A DNA stretch of 63,897 bases, filler included, from SAR324 cluster bacterium (GCA_022574555.1; 3 parts of 3 records of this genome joined end to end with filler, not necessarily neighbours in it); one strand, 5' to 3'; numbered from the whole stretch's first letter, positions 7,303-17,756 are shown. The notes: a model not told the origin generated them from the letters alone. Translations and numbers: made by a program.

Positions 7303-9486
7303 CTATGCGGAAATTCTCTTTCGGCCCACGGCGATGGCTTGCGCCGCTTCCAGAAAGTCGTCGCCGAGCACCCGGAATGTACCGGCGTTTCGGTCCGCCT
7401 TGCTCCCATGCTCGGCGATGAATGCCTGGAGCCGTAAAAAGCTGGCCCGCCGGCACAAGGTTGCCAATTCGGCACCGGTGAAACCTTCGGTCGCCGGCAG
7501 CAGCTTGCCCATGTCCAACTTGCCGTCAAGGGGCATCGACCGGGAGAGGATATCGAGGATTTGGCTCCGTTCCTCCGTGGTAGGCACCTGAATCTCGAGG
7601 ACCATTCCAAACCGTCCCGGGTTGAGCAAGGCGCGCTCAAGCAATTCGATTCGGTTGGTGGCGCCCACCACCATCACCTCGCTGAAGGAGTCCAGGGCAT
7701 CCACCTCGCTGAGGAACTGCCCGATCAGGCGATCTCGCCCTCCGAAGTCATGCCCTCCACCCCGCGAAGGAAAGATGGTGTCGATCTCGTCGAAGAAGAG
7801 AATGCACGGGGAGGCTTGCTTGGCACGGAGGAAGACTTGGCGCAAGGCCTTCTCCGATTCTCCGACCCATTTGGAAAATAGCGCCGCCGCATCCACGGTG
7901 ATGAAACTGAATCCTGTCTCGGTGGCCAGGGCCCGCACCAGCATCGTCTTACCCGTACCGGAAGCGCCGCTGAGCAATATGCCCCGCGGGCTGGGCATGC
8001 CGGCCGCCTTGCACAGCTCGGGGTAGCGCAAGGGCAGTTCCAATGCGGAAAGAAGCATATTCTTGGCCGATTTTAAACCGCCGATGTCGCTCCAGTGGAC
8101 ATTCGGCCGTTCGGCAAAGAATTCCCGAGTGGCCGTGGGCTCGATTCCTTTCAGGGCGTCCAGGAAATGGCGCATCTGGATAGTGGTTTGCGCGGCCAGG
8201 ACGCTCATCTCTTGCTCTGCGAAATCTTCGCGCTCCAGCACATCCCGCAGGGCGCGCATTCCCGCCTCCTTGCACAGCACCTCCAGATCCGCCCCCACGA
8301 AGCCGTGGGTCACCTCGCCCAGCCGGGCCAGGTCCACGTCGTCAGCCAGGGGCATGCCCCTGGAATGGATTTTGAGGATCTGCAAGCGCCCGATCCGGTT
8401 GGGTACCCGTACCACCACTTCCCGATCGAACCGTCCCGGCCGCCGCAGCGCGTGGTCCAACACCTCGGGAATGTTGGTGGCGCCGATCACCACCACTTCG
8501 CCCCGGGAGACCATGCCGTCCATCAGAGCCAGGAGCTGCGCCACGACGCGCTTTTCCACCTCGCCGGTCACCTCGGAACGCTTGGGAGCTATCGCGTCGA
8601 TCTCATCCAGAAAGATGATGCTGGGGGCGCGGCGCTGGGCCTCTTCGAAGATTTCGCGCAGCTTGGCCTCGCTTTCACCGTAGAACTTGTGGATGATCTC
8701 TGGGCCGTTGACGAGGATGAAGTGGGCCTTCACTTCGCTGGCCACGGCTCGGGCGATGGTCGTTTTGCCCGTGCCGGGTGGTCCGTAAAGCAGCACTCCC
8801 TTGGGCGGGTCGATCCGCAGTCTGGCGAACAGCTCCGGGTACTTCATCGGCAGCTCGATCATTTCCCGAATGCGTCGCAACTCCTCGTCCAGCCCGCCGA
8901 TATCCTCGTACTTCACCGTATAGTTCGTTTGCGGCGGGATGCGGGGATGATCCTGGATGCGGATGTCGGTGTTGGGCAAGGCGACTGCGCCTTCCACCTC
9001 GGGCTCGAACAGCGAGACGATAAACTGCGAGCCCTTGCGGGAAAAGAGGGGCACACTGACCTTGTCCCCTTTCGTAAGTACGCGTCCCGCCAGGTATTCC
9101 CGCACCCGGCGCACCTCGTCCACGCCGTAGGTATTACGCTCCAACGGGGCGAGCAGCACCGTCGCCGCCACAGGGACTTTTTCCGGGCCGATGGTCACCC
9201 GGCTGTCCAGGCCGATCGCAGCATTTTCCCGCGTCAGGCCGTCCATCTGGATCGCGCGGCGCCGGTCGTCCTCGGGCAGCAGGGGCAGCACACGGGCCAG
9301 GGTCACCCGTTCGCCCTCGATGCGCACGACGTCGCCGGGGTGGAGCCCCAGTTCGTCGATGAGGCGCTGACCCACACGCACCACGCCCTGCTCCACATCT
9401 TCCAGGTGGGCTTCCATCACACGAAGCCGGTGGCTTTGGGGAGCCGGTGGGCGCTCGGAGGCGGCGGAATCGGTCTGTACGGTCAT
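7303..9486 (-). CDS. Cdc48/p97/VAT-family double AAA+ ATPase
   Basis: N-domain (LRVMEA..D...GVVR, IQMDGLTRENA), D1 (YEDIGGL, GPPGTGKT, IFLDEIDAIAPKR, ALRRPGRFDRE) and D2 (WSDIGGL, GASGTGKT, FFDEID). Confidence 0.93.
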   Translation of the reverse strand: MTVQTDSAASERPPAPQSHRLRVMEAHLEDVEQGVVRVGQRLIDELGLHPGDVVRIEGERVTLARVLPLLPEDDRRRAIQMDGLTRENAAIGLDSRVTIGPEKVPVAATVLLAPLERNTYGVDEVRRVREYLAGRVLTKGDKVSVPLFSRKGSQFIVSLFEPEVEGAVALPNTDIRIQDHPRIPPQTNYTVKYEDIGGLDEELRRIREMIELPMKYPELFARLRIDPPKGVLLYGPPGTGKTTIARAVASEVKAHFILVNGPEIIHKFYGESEAKLREIFEEAQRRAPSIIFLDEIDAIAPKRSEVTGEVEKRVVAQLLALMDGMVSRGEVVVIGATNIPEVLDHALRRPGRFDREVVVRVPNRIGRLQILKIHSRGMPLADDVDLARLGEVTHGFVGADLEVLCKEAGMRALRDVLEREDFAEQEMSVLAAQTTIQMRHFLDALKGIEPTATREFFAERPNVHWSDIGGLKSAKNMLLSALELPLRYPELCKAAGMPSPRGILLSGASGTGKTMLVRALATETGFSFITVDAAALFSKWVGESEKALRQVFLRAKQASPCILFFDEIDTIFPSRGGGHDFGGRDRLIGQFLSEVDALDSFSEVMVVGATNRIELLERALLNPGRFGMVLEIQVPTTEERSQILDILSRSMPLDGKLDMGKLLPATEGFTGAELATLCRRASFLRLQAFIAEHGSKADRNAGTFRVLGDDFLEAAQAIAVGRKRISA

Positions 9487-9538
9487 CGGGGCTCTAATGC
9501 CATCATCTGTCCAGTAGTGAAATGCTTGCCAACGGCCC

Positions 9539-9576
9539 ATTCTAGGCGATTCCCCGAGGCGATGGCAACGTTGCCA
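9539..9576 (-). promoter_or_regulatory. Putative sigma70 promoter of the Cdc48 gene overlapped by a 14-bp palindromic operator
   Basis: Minus strand TTGCCA-18 nt-TAGAAT; perfect palindrome TGGCAACGTTGCCA at 9563-9576. Confidence 0.45.
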
Positions 9577-9751
9577 AGAGATACGTAGTGTCTCAGTTTC
9601 GATTGGATTGAGAAATTGCCCAGCGGCGGGCAACAACAGGTCTGCGATGACTCGGGCTTGCGGGCAATAGCCAAGGGGAGCTAGGTTGGAATGGAACCCG
9701 AGGTCCGAGTGCGGCCTGCCGTGTTAATCTTCGTTGCCGATTTAAACCTCG

Positions 9752-10252
9752 ATGATCCCTGCGAAAATGTCCGTCCGCACATCCCTGCTCGTGATGGGCG
9801 CCCTGTTGCTCCTGGATCAATTGCCCAAGATATGGGTTCGCGCCCACATTCCCATGCATCACACCATGAACTTGATACCGTACCTGATCGATTTAACCCA
9901 CGTGGAAAACAAGGGCGTGAGCTTCAGCATGCTGGGCGGATTGCCCGAATTGGTGCGCGTGCCGATTTTGGTCGGCATCTCCTTGGCGGCAGTGGCCGTG
10001 CTGGCCTATTACTGGATTCGCTACAGGAACCGCATGAACGCCTGGACGCATTTCGGCTTCGTGCTGATCCTGGCCGGGGCTTCGGGCAATCTCATCGACC
10101 GGGCGGTATTCGGTACCGTGACCGACTTCTTCCACTTCCGCTTCTTCGAGACCAGCTTCTTCGTCAACAATGTTGCCGACATCCTGATCAGCTTGGGTGT
10201 GGTTTGCTATGTCATCGGCCTGCTGCGAAAAAGCCCGGTGCAAGCGTATTGA
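9752..10252 (+). CDS. lspA: Lipoprotein signal peptidase II
   Basis: DQLPK, NKGVSFS, GASGNLIDR, VTDF and NVAD motifs. Confidence 0.95.
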   Translation: MIPAKMSVRTSLLVMGALLLLDQLPKIWVRAHIPMHHTMNLIPYLIDLTHVENKGVSFSMLGGLPELVRVPILVGISLAAVAVLAYYWIRYRNRMNAWTHFGFVLILAGASGNLIDRAVFGTVTDFFHFRFFETSFFVNNVADILISLGVVCYVIGLLRKSPVQAY

Positions 10253-10285
10253 TGGTTGCGTTGAGGCGGTCTTGTGACCTCTCTT

Positions 10286-11176
10286 TCAATCCTCCGTGAA
10301 CCACTTTTGCACCGTGTCGGCGTTTTGCGCCATCCACAGGCGGGCGGCCTCGTGTGGTGTGCGGTTTTCCAGCACGACCAGGTAGTCCAGCTCATTCACC
10401 GCCTCCAAGCCCAACCGAATGCGGCGAAGCGTATCCAGCGTGCGCTGGGGCACTTTTTCCGTGAGGCTCTTGTGGCCCGCCAGCATACCTTCGTTGGCCT
10501 GGCCAAAGATACCCAAAGGGTCGGCCAGGGGCCGTAGCGCATAGGCCCGGTTGAGAAACATCGGCGCAGCCATGGAAACCACTATCCAGCGCCGATCCCG
10601 CACCGCGCTCTCCACTGCCCGATGGCGGTCCTGCCAAGTGCCGAAGCGGTATTCATACCCCGCTTTGTCGAGCCCGTAGGCCGCGATTGCCTTGAGAGAC
10701 CGCACCGAGGTACCGGCCTTGGGGCCGATGCCCTGAAGCGTGCGGATCATCCGGGCCGCCACATCGGACTTGGCCAGATCGGCGATTGAAGCCACCTCCG
10801 ATTCCGGCACGTATTCGGGCACGGCCCAGAATAAACGTGCGCCGCGGTACAGGGTCGCCAGCACGAAGGCGTCGCCCCCATACTCCTCCCAGAGGTGTTT
10901 GTGGGCATGAGGCAGCCAGACGGCCACCAGCAAATCCACTTTGCCCGCCGCCAGCAGGGGGAAGATTTCATTGTGCGTACCTGCGCGTACAGTGACCGGG
11001 TGGCCCAGCCGCTCGAGAACCTCCTGCACGACGGCTCCGGTGGCGGCATAAAAGCTGACGTCGATCTGGCCCAGTACCAAAGGCGTCTCTGCCGCGGAAA
11101 CGGGGAGGGTAGCCGCCGAAGCCGAGAGCGATAGCCCAACGACAATGGTCGACGCCAATCGCAACACGTTGGACAT
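10286..11176 (-). CDS. Glycine betaine/proline ABC substrate-binding protein (OpuAC/ProX-like), stand-alone
   Basis: Signal peptide; VLERLGH.V, G.VDLLVAVWLP.AH, WAVP.YVP, GIGP.AG and LADPLG motifs. Confidence 0.85.
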   Translation of the reverse strand: MSNVLRLASTIVVGLSLSASAATLPVSAAETPLVLGQIDVSFYAATGAVVQEVLERLGHPVTVRAGTHNEIFPLLAAGKVDLLVAVWLPHAHKHLWEEYGGDAFVLATLYRGARLFWAVPEYVPESEVASIADLAKSDVAARMIRTLQGIGPKAGTSVRSLKAIAAYGLDKAGYEYRFGTWQDRHRAVESAVRDRRWIVVSMAAPMFLNRAYALRPLADPLGIFGQANEGMLAGHKSLTEKVPQRTLDTLRRIRLGLEAVNELDYLVVLENRTPHEAARLWMAQNADTVQKWFTED

Positions 11177-11250
11177 GTAAGATTCCGAATTTCAGTTTGA
11201 ATCTATTTTGGGCGCGTTATGGCCCAATATGGCGGGGCAGCGAGGTGCGA

Positions 11251-12705
11251 TTACGGCACCTTGATGACCAGGAAGCGGCTCATTTCGCCGAACCTGACCA
11301 GCAGCAGCAGGTTTTTTCCACGGCCAACCCCGGCCACGGCGTCCTGAAAGGCCTTGAGCGACTGCACCGGCTTGCGGTTGGCCTCTGTGATCAGGGTACC
11401 GTCGCGCATGCCGGATTCACCTGCCGGGCTGTTGGGGTCCACCGATGTGACCAGCAGACCGGCCAGGCCCTCATACCCAAATTGCTTCGCGGCCGCCGGT
11501 GACAGCGGTTCCAGGCCCATCCCCAGAAACTCCTGGGATTGATCCTTTTGGAAAGCCGTACTGATGTCTTTGGGTTTTTCTCCGATTATCACTTCCAGAC
11601 CCACCTCGTCCCCGTCGCGCAGTGCAATCACGGGGACGACCGTGCCAGGTTTCATGGCAGCCACGGCATTGCGCAGGGTATTGGAGGAGTGTACCGGGTT
11701 ACCATTGATGGAAACGATCAGGTCGCCGCGGAGTATTCCCGCATCTTCCGCCGGAGTGCCGGGGCCGACATTGGCGATCAGGACTCCGGCGTTGACTTCG
11801 ACACCGAGGGCATCGGCCAGATCCTGGTTGACATCCTGAATCACCACGCCCAGAAAGCCCCGGATAACCTTGCCAGACGCGATCAGCGATTCCATGATCG
11901 ACTTGGTCATGTTGATGGGAATGGCGAACCCAATGCCCAAGTTCCCACCGCTGCGGCTGAAGATGGCGGTATTGATTCCCACGACTTCGCCCTTGAGGTT
12001 GATCAGCGGACCGCCGCTATTGCCTGGATTGATCGAGGCGTCGGTTTGGATAAAGTCCTCGTAGTCGGTCACCCCCACACCGGACCGGCCCTTGGCACTC
12101 ACGATGCCCGCCGTAATGGTCTGCTCCAGCCCAAAGGGATTTCCAATGGCGATCACGCTTTCGCCGATTTGCAACTCATCCGAATCGCCCAGGGGCACCG
12201 TCGGTAAATCATCGCCGTCGATACGGATCAGGGCGATGTCCGAGCCGGGATCGGCTCCGACCAACTGGCCCTCGAACTCCCGCCCGTCGGGTAGTTTGAC
12301 CACGATTTTATCGGCTTCCCCCACCACGTGGTTGTTGGTCAAGATGAGACCGTCCGCGCTTACAATGACGCCCGAGCCCATCCCGCGCTGTTTGTATTCA
12401 CGAGGGGGAATGGGGATGCGGGGCTGGAAGAACCGGCGGAAAAACTCGTCATTGAACAGATCGGGAATTTTCTGCCGCGCTTTCCCCTCTACTGTTTTTT
12501 CCACGCTGATGTGAACCACCGCGCCCTTTACCCTGGCCACGATGGCTGCGCGAGCCTTGGAAGCCCGGATGAGCGCGTCAATGTCCGCCTGAATGGTATC
12601 CTGCGCGAAGGCCGGGGGCGAGAACAGCATCGCCATGGCGATCGCGGTCACCGCCAATCGTATAGTCCTGTTCCACCCGAGGGCGGATTGCTCGCTAAAT
12701 TTCAT
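11251..12705 (-). CDS. degP: DegP/DegQ (HtrA) periplasmic serine endoprotease
   Basis: GSGVI, TNNHVV, DIALI, IQTDASINPGNSGGPL catalytic motifs and two PDZ domains. Confidence 0.93.
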   Translation of the reverse strand: MKFSEQSALGWNRTIRLAVTAIAMAMLFSPPAFAQDTIQADIDALIRASKARAAIVARVKGAVVHISVEKTVEGKARQKIPDLFNDEFFRRFFQPRIPIPPREYKQRGMGSGVIVSADGLILTNNHVVGEADKIVVKLPDGREFEGQLVGADPGSDIALIRIDGDDLPTVPLGDSDELQIGESVIAIGNPFGLEQTITAGIVSAKGRSGVGVTDYEDFIQTDASINPGNSGGPLINLKGEVVGINTAIFSRSGGNLGIGFAIPINMTKSIMESLIASGKVIRGFLGVVIQDVNQDLADALGVEVNAGVLIANVGPGTPAEDAGILRGDLIVSINGNPVHSSNTLRNAVAAMKPGTVVPVIALRDGDEVGLEVIIGEKPKDISTAFQKDQSQEFLGMGLEPLSPAAAKQFGYEGLAGLLVTSVDPNSPAGESGMRDGTLITEANRKPVQSLKAFQDAVAGVGRGKNLLLLVRFGEMSRFLVIKVP

Positions 12706-13039
12706 CGATATCACCCATTACCCATATATTATTGATCGTCGTCTGTTGTGTGTCCGGCGGCTAAAAAGAATACGTCGGTCATGCGGAATACCACCACAGG
12801 GCCACTTGCCAGTTAGATAGTAGGTGGCTGCATCCGTTCAAAGCCCCGGTCGTCTCCTCAATTCTAGGGCGCAGCATGATTTTTTTCAACATCCTTCCTC
12901 CTTGCCGGCGGCGATCAGTTCGATAGTACTCTCCAGAACGGACAAAACCGTTCTGATACCTTCGATTAGACTCTATCGGGCACTGGAATTCACGCTGCGG
13001 GCAGAGCGGTGCGCCGCATGGGGGGTCGGGCCGCGCGGG

Positions 13040-13756
13040 CTATCGCACCATCCAGAACCAGGCTGTACGCACCCCGGCGGAGAGGGGGCCGATCATGGCG
13101 TCGGGCAAAAGTGAGCTTTGGTAAGCGGCCCACTGGCTGGCCGATTCGAAACGGGACGTGACGAGGTACTCCACCCAGCGTGCCGCGGCCAGGGTACTGA
13201 TGGCCCACACCACGGTGCCGCGCCAGGGGCGCAACGGCCCCACGAGGCCCATGCCCAGCCGGGCAGACCGTTCCAGGCCGATGGCGATCACGAACATCCA
13301 GAATAGGTAGGGTGAGAACCAGCCGATGTGGCTAAACGAACCGAAGCGCTCCGCCCAGGGCCAGAAGACCGGCATGGCCATGCGCGGCGTCATCAGATCC
13401 CCCACGATATGCAGCAAACCTCCCGCCCAGAAACACCCCGCCAGCCAAGGAAAACCCCTCCGCCAGGGAATTCGTCCCCGCCGTGCGGCAGGCCAGACGA
13501 GCAGGCTCGCGCCGATCAGGGCCAATACCAGGGTTCCGGCGATGGAATGGGTTGCCTGCCGGTGCCCGAACCACGTGTAACTGAAATAGGTGCCCCGCGC
13601 GATAAAGTTGGAGAGTCCATCCAGGTCGGGCGCCATCGCGCCCAAGAAAAAGGCCAGAGCCAGCCAACCCTCCCCCACTGGAGAGCGCCGGGCGATGAGC
13701 GGCATCAACGCCCGGCCGCATACATAGCCGGAAAAGCCGTGGTTCAGCGTCATCAT
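13040..13756 (-). CDS. Membrane-bound metal-dependent hydrolase (YdjM/YfhP-like)
   Basis: M.T.NH, APDLD, HRQATHS and HIVGD motifs with multiple TM segments. Confidence 0.85.
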   Translation of the reverse strand: MMTLNHGFSGYVCGRALMPLIARRSPVGEGWLALAFFLGAMAPDLDGLSNFIARGTYFSYTWFGHRQATHSIAGTLVLALIGASLLVWPAARRGRIPWRRGFPWLAGCFWAGGLLHIVGDLMTPRMAMPVFWPWAERFGSFSHIGWFSPYLFWMFVIAIGLERSARLGMGLVGPLRPWRGTVVWAISTLAAARWVEYLVTSRFESASQWAAYQSSLLPDAMIGPLSAGVRTAWFWMVR

Positions 13757-13820
13757 CGCCCGCACCGGAATCGAGGGGGAGCCGGCCGGCTGTTGTCCGA
13801 GACTCGCCCCAAAGATCACC

Positions 13821-13850
13821 TCTTTCCGGCTATAGTCTTTCCGGCTATAG
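13821..13850. repeat. Perfect 2 x 15-bp tandem duplication
   Basis: TCTTTCCGGCTATAG repeated twice. Confidence 0.9.
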
Positions 13851-13891
13851 GACGGGCGATGGCATGCACCATGCGGGACGGAACCACCGTT

Positions 13892-15139
13892 TCACACGAA
13901 CATGGGAAAGGTTTCGAACTCGCCGTGGAGGATGTCGCTGGATTGCCGGTAGCCCAGCCAGTCCTCGATCATCGTGGCATACACGCGACGAAAATCGGTG
14001 GTGAAGGCCAGGTTGTCGCCATCGTCGAGTTCTGTGAGGCTGGGGAGTTGGCCGTAGTGTCCTCCGCGAACCGGCTTGCCCACGACGAACATCAGATTGG
14101 CCGCTCCGTGGTCGGTACCCAGGCTGGTGTTTTCCGGCACGCGCCGCCCGAATTCGCTAAAAATCATCATCACCACGTCGTCCGCTCGCCCGATCCGTTC
14201 CATATCGCTCATGAATCCACTAACCGCATCCGAAGCGTAGGTCAGCAGGCGGGCATGCAGGTTCTGCTGGTAGACGTGGGTATCGAACGCATTGTTGCGG
14301 AAGGAGGTGTAATAGAGCCGGGTGGGCATATCGGCGGCGATCAGTGAAGCGATCTTGGGCAAGTCGATGGGCACGATGCCGTAATCGACCGGCGTGCGGT
14401 AATTGGCCCAGGCCTCACGAATCAGCAGGGAGGCCTCCCGTGCGCTGCGCGCCACTTCCAGTAAGAAGCGGCGCGAGGGATTGTCCGGTGACGGGTCATC
14501 GGATATCTGATCGAAGTGGGGCATCTGCTGGAAAAAACCCTCGCGGGAGAAGCGGGCGGGATCATCGAATACCACGGGTGTGTGATTCCGGCTGCGCACC
14601 GCGAGCGACTGGGTGCTGTCGATGTTGACGATGAAATTGGGCGTCCTGCCGGGCTGCAATGCGTCGGCGGTGCGGCCGATCCAGCCGTACTCTTCGCCGC
14701 TGTTAGGGGCCGCGGTGTGCCAATACGCCATGGACGTGAAATGAGAAAAGGAGGGATCGGCATAGCCGCAGCCGTGAACGATCGCCATTTGGCCGTCCTT
14801 GTATAGCCGCTCGAACCCAGCCATGGGGCTGTTGAACCCGAAATGGCCGTCGATCTTGCGCAACGTACCGGCCTTGAGACCGATCTCTGGCCGCTGGCGG
14901 TAGTAGGCGTCGTCGCCGTAGGGCACCAGCGTATTCAGGCCGTCGTTGCCGCCCGATAGTTCCAGCACGACCAATATGCGCCCTCGCGACTTTCCGGATG
15001 CGGCCAGGGCTTCGGCGGCCTTCGCGAATGGATGCCTCGATGCGATAACGCCCAACATTCCCGCCCCGGCAGCGCGCATTCCCGTTTGTAGGGCTTCGCG
15101 GCGCGTAATTGCATGATTCCAGAAATTGTGTCCGCTCAT
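13892..15139 (-). CDS. DUF1501-domain protein with Tat signal
   Basis: TRREAL signal; LVVLELSGGNDGLNTLVP, SHF.S, FSEFGRR..EN...GTDHG and DFRRVYAT motifs. Confidence 0.92.
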   Translation of the reverse strand: MSGHNFWNHAITRREALQTGMRAAGAGMLGVIASRHPFAKAAEALAASGKSRGRILVVLELSGGNDGLNTLVPYGDDAYYRQRPEIGLKAGTLRKIDGHFGFNSPMAGFERLYKDGQMAIVHGCGYADPSFSHFTSMAYWHTAAPNSGEEYGWIGRTADALQPGRTPNFIVNIDSTQSLAVRSRNHTPVVFDDPARFSREGFFQQMPHFDQISDDPSPDNPSRRFLLEVARSAREASLLIREAWANYRTPVDYGIVPIDLPKIASLIAADMPTRLYYTSFRNNAFDTHVYQQNLHARLLTYASDAVSGFMSDMERIGRADDVVMMIFSEFGRRVPENTSLGTDHGAANLMFVVGKPVRGGHYGQLPSLTELDDGDNLAFTTDFRRVYATMIEDWLGYRQSSDILHGEFETFPMFV

Positions 15140-15180
15140 GATTCCTCTGCTGTCACGCGTTGATTCGCTGATGGGCCGGT

Positions 15181-17031
15181 TCAGCCCAGTTGGTACTCGG
15201 GTGCGCTCATGATCAGGTGCAAGAGCATGCGCAGGGGATCTTCGAGGTAGGTTTCGGCTTCGGCAATTTGCTCGGTGCCCAGTTCGCCGATCAGGAAGGC
15301 GATCAACCGCCGCCGATCCGGTTCGCCCAACGGCACCCGAAGAAACCGCCACAGGAAGTAGTCCACCACTTGCTCGGCGTTTTGCAACCCCTCCGCCAAC
15401 ACCATGCCCGCCAGATTTACGGCAGCGGTCTGACGCGGGATCGGCTTGACCCTTTGGATCGCCATTTGCCAGCCGCGAAAGCTTCCATATCGTGTATTGA
15501 AGTCCTCGTCGCGGTCCGCCATGACATTGGACATGGCCATCATTTCGCCATCGACCTCCATGGTGGCACTGGTGATATCCAATCCCCGCGCGATTTTATC
15601 GCTGACGGTGCGAATGGTTCCGTCGGGTGGAAAGCGGTCCGGCGGGATGAAATTGATGTCCGGAAACAGCACATCGCGCGCGAAATTGCCCCGTTCGATC
15701 AAAAGCCCGGGAGTGATCCAGGCGCGGCCCTGGGCCCACCCGGCCACAGTGGGCGGCCGGAAGAGCTGCTTCCCCAGAGCGGTTGTGGCCGAGTTGAAAT
15801 CCGGTACGCCGGGCACCGCCTTCAACCCCAGCTTGCGGTAGGTGGAAATGACCAACTCGACAGGACTTTTGATATGCGTGCCATAGGAAGCCGTGCTGTA
15901 AAAATCCCGAGAGAGGAAGATCGTCTGCAAAAGTGGCGCGATCTCGTAGCCACCGGCGCGGAATACCGTGCCCAGCCTACTCTGTAGATCCCGAGAGAGC
16001 TGCTCCCGCACCAGGTAGCGGTATATTTTTCCGGCGATGAAATCAGCGGTGACCGGCTGTTCCAGGATGATGTCCAGGATGTCGACACCGTCGAAATCGC
16101 CCGTGCGGCCAAGGAAAACCTTCTCCCCATGGTCATGTTGCTCTGGGTACACTACGAAATCCAGATCCACATAATTCCAACCGGTGAAGGCTCTGGCCGC
16201 CTCGCGAATGTCCGCTTCCGTGTAATTGCCCACGCCCATGGTGAACAGTTCCATCACCTCCCGGCCGAAATTTTCATTGGGGGCGCCCTTCACGTTTTGG
16301 CCCGCGTCGAGAAAATGCAGCATCGCCGGATCCTGAGCGACCCCCACCAGCAGGTCCCGGAAGTTGCCCGTGCCGTGCCGGTAGAACAATTCAAGCTGGC
16401 GGAGCATCTTGCGATAGTCACGAACCTTGGCCTCGTTGACGGCAAAATGGCCGTGCCAGAACAGCGCCATCTTCTCCTGCAACGGGTGGTTCGTGCCGAG
16501 CATGCGGTTGGCCCACCAGTACGCGACGCGATTCGTCTCCAGATAGCTGGCCCGCAGCCAGTAAAAGAACCGATTCACCACCGGTTGCAAGCGCCGATTG
16601 CCCGCCGGTTTCACCTTGATTCCCATCGCCTCGCCGGTTTCCTTGGCCAATTTTGTGGCCGCGGGCCGGCTGGGGGGGAAGTGTTCCAGACCAGGGTCGT
16701 AAACGCCCGAATGAATGAAGGACGGAAGATGGCTGTTGTCGATATCTTGATAATAGACAATACGGCGCACCGCCTCTGCTGGCGTGAGCCTGGCCAAATC
16801 CCGCACTTGATCGGGTGTTCCTCCGAATCCTGCCCGCTCCAGGAGGTGAGCGGCGCGGTCGTAGCCCCAATCCTTCGGTCCAATCGGGGACAGATCACCC
16901 ACCCATCCGCGCGGACCGGCGCCGTTGCCAATGGGGTTTCCATCCATCGCCAAGGCACCGCCCGCCGCCTGCACCGTCAGTGCGACGACGACCAAGAGGG
17001 TTTTCCCTACGAATTTTTTTCGATTAATCAT
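15181..17031 (-). CDS. DUF1800-domain protein
   Basis: AAHLLERAGFGG, LQEKMALFWHGHFA, PNENFGREVMELFTMG, PPTVAGW and PEYQL motifs; canonical partner of DUF1501. Confidence 0.92.
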   Translation of the reverse strand: MINRKKFVGKTLLVVVALTVQAAGGALAMDGNPIGNGAGPRGWVGDLSPIGPKDWGYDRAAHLLERAGFGGTPDQVRDLARLTPAEAVRRIVYYQDIDNSHLPSFIHSGVYDPGLEHFPPSRPAATKLAKETGEAMGIKVKPAGNRRLQPVVNRFFYWLRASYLETNRVAYWWANRMLGTNHPLQEKMALFWHGHFAVNEAKVRDYRKMLRQLELFYRHGTGNFRDLLVGVAQDPAMLHFLDAGQNVKGAPNENFGREVMELFTMGVGNYTEADIREAARAFTGWNYVDLDFVVYPEQHDHGEKVFLGRTGDFDGVDILDIILEQPVTADFIAGKIYRYLVREQLSRDLQSRLGTVFRAGGYEIAPLLQTIFLSRDFYSTASYGTHIKSPVELVISTYRKLGLKAVPGVPDFNSATTALGKQLFRPPTVAGWAQGRAWITPGLLIERGNFARDVLFPDINFIPPDRFPPDGTIRTVSDKIARGLDITSATMEVDGEMMAMSNVMADRDEDFNTRYGSFRGWQMAIQRVKPIPRQTAAVNLAGMVLAEGLQNAEQVVDYFLWRFLRVPLGEPDRRRLIAFLIGELGTEQIAEAETYLEDPLRMLLHLIMSAPEYQLG

Positions 17032-17337
17032 GAGGCCGCCTTTTCGCTGATCGCTGCCGCCTGGGATCGGTCGTCCCGATCGGCTGGCGATTCCTGGATA
17101 ATAACCGCGTCGACCGATCGATTCAAGGGTCGTTTTCAAGCGTCCGAGAGGTACCCGGGCGAACCGCAGCTGGGTACTTTGCCGAATCGCCCGGAAATTG
17201 AAAAATAATCGGCTGCGCCCCTCACCATTCTCCAGGAAAAATAATTTTTTACCTATTTCAAATAATTTACGTGTATATTAAGAACACACCTTGTAGCGTC
17301 AATTTCGATGGGAAATAATTTTCCGAGGATATCCAAT

Positions 17338-17517
17338 ATGGACTGGTCTTCATCCAGCGTTATTCAAACGACTTCTGCTATTAAGGAAAGAATTCGTGAA
17401 CTTCGCGAGGATTTGCAACACTGGCAGTCTGAATTGCAGCGTTTGGAACGCCAATATCCTGACGTAGCGAGCAATAGCGACAACACCAGTGGGTATGCGG
17501 ATCAACTCGCTCCATAG
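17338..17517 (+). CDS. Small hypothetical coiled-coil protein (59 aa)
   Basis: GAGGA RBS-like site upstream, AT-rich upstream region, heptad pattern IKERIRELREDLQHWQSELQRLE. Confidence 0.4.
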   Translation: MDWSSSSVIQTTSAIKERIRELREDLQHWQSELQRLERQYPDVASNSDNTSGYADQLAP

Positions 17518-17756
17518 GACCAGAATATCTTTACGAGACTGGTTCTGCTTTCTCCAGTAAAGGCGGAAAAGAGCCCGCTCCGTCAGGACGACAGCCTTGC
17601 GGCAGTACATGTTCCATAGGGTTGATTTTGCCGTGGCATCGGAGCGGAATCAACATACGGATCGTGCACTGGAGCACTTAAACGCGTTGGCGCCCGCACG
17701 GTGTACAGGGGAAAGCCTAATTACCTACCCATTCCTGCCGCTGTATTTCGAGACCG

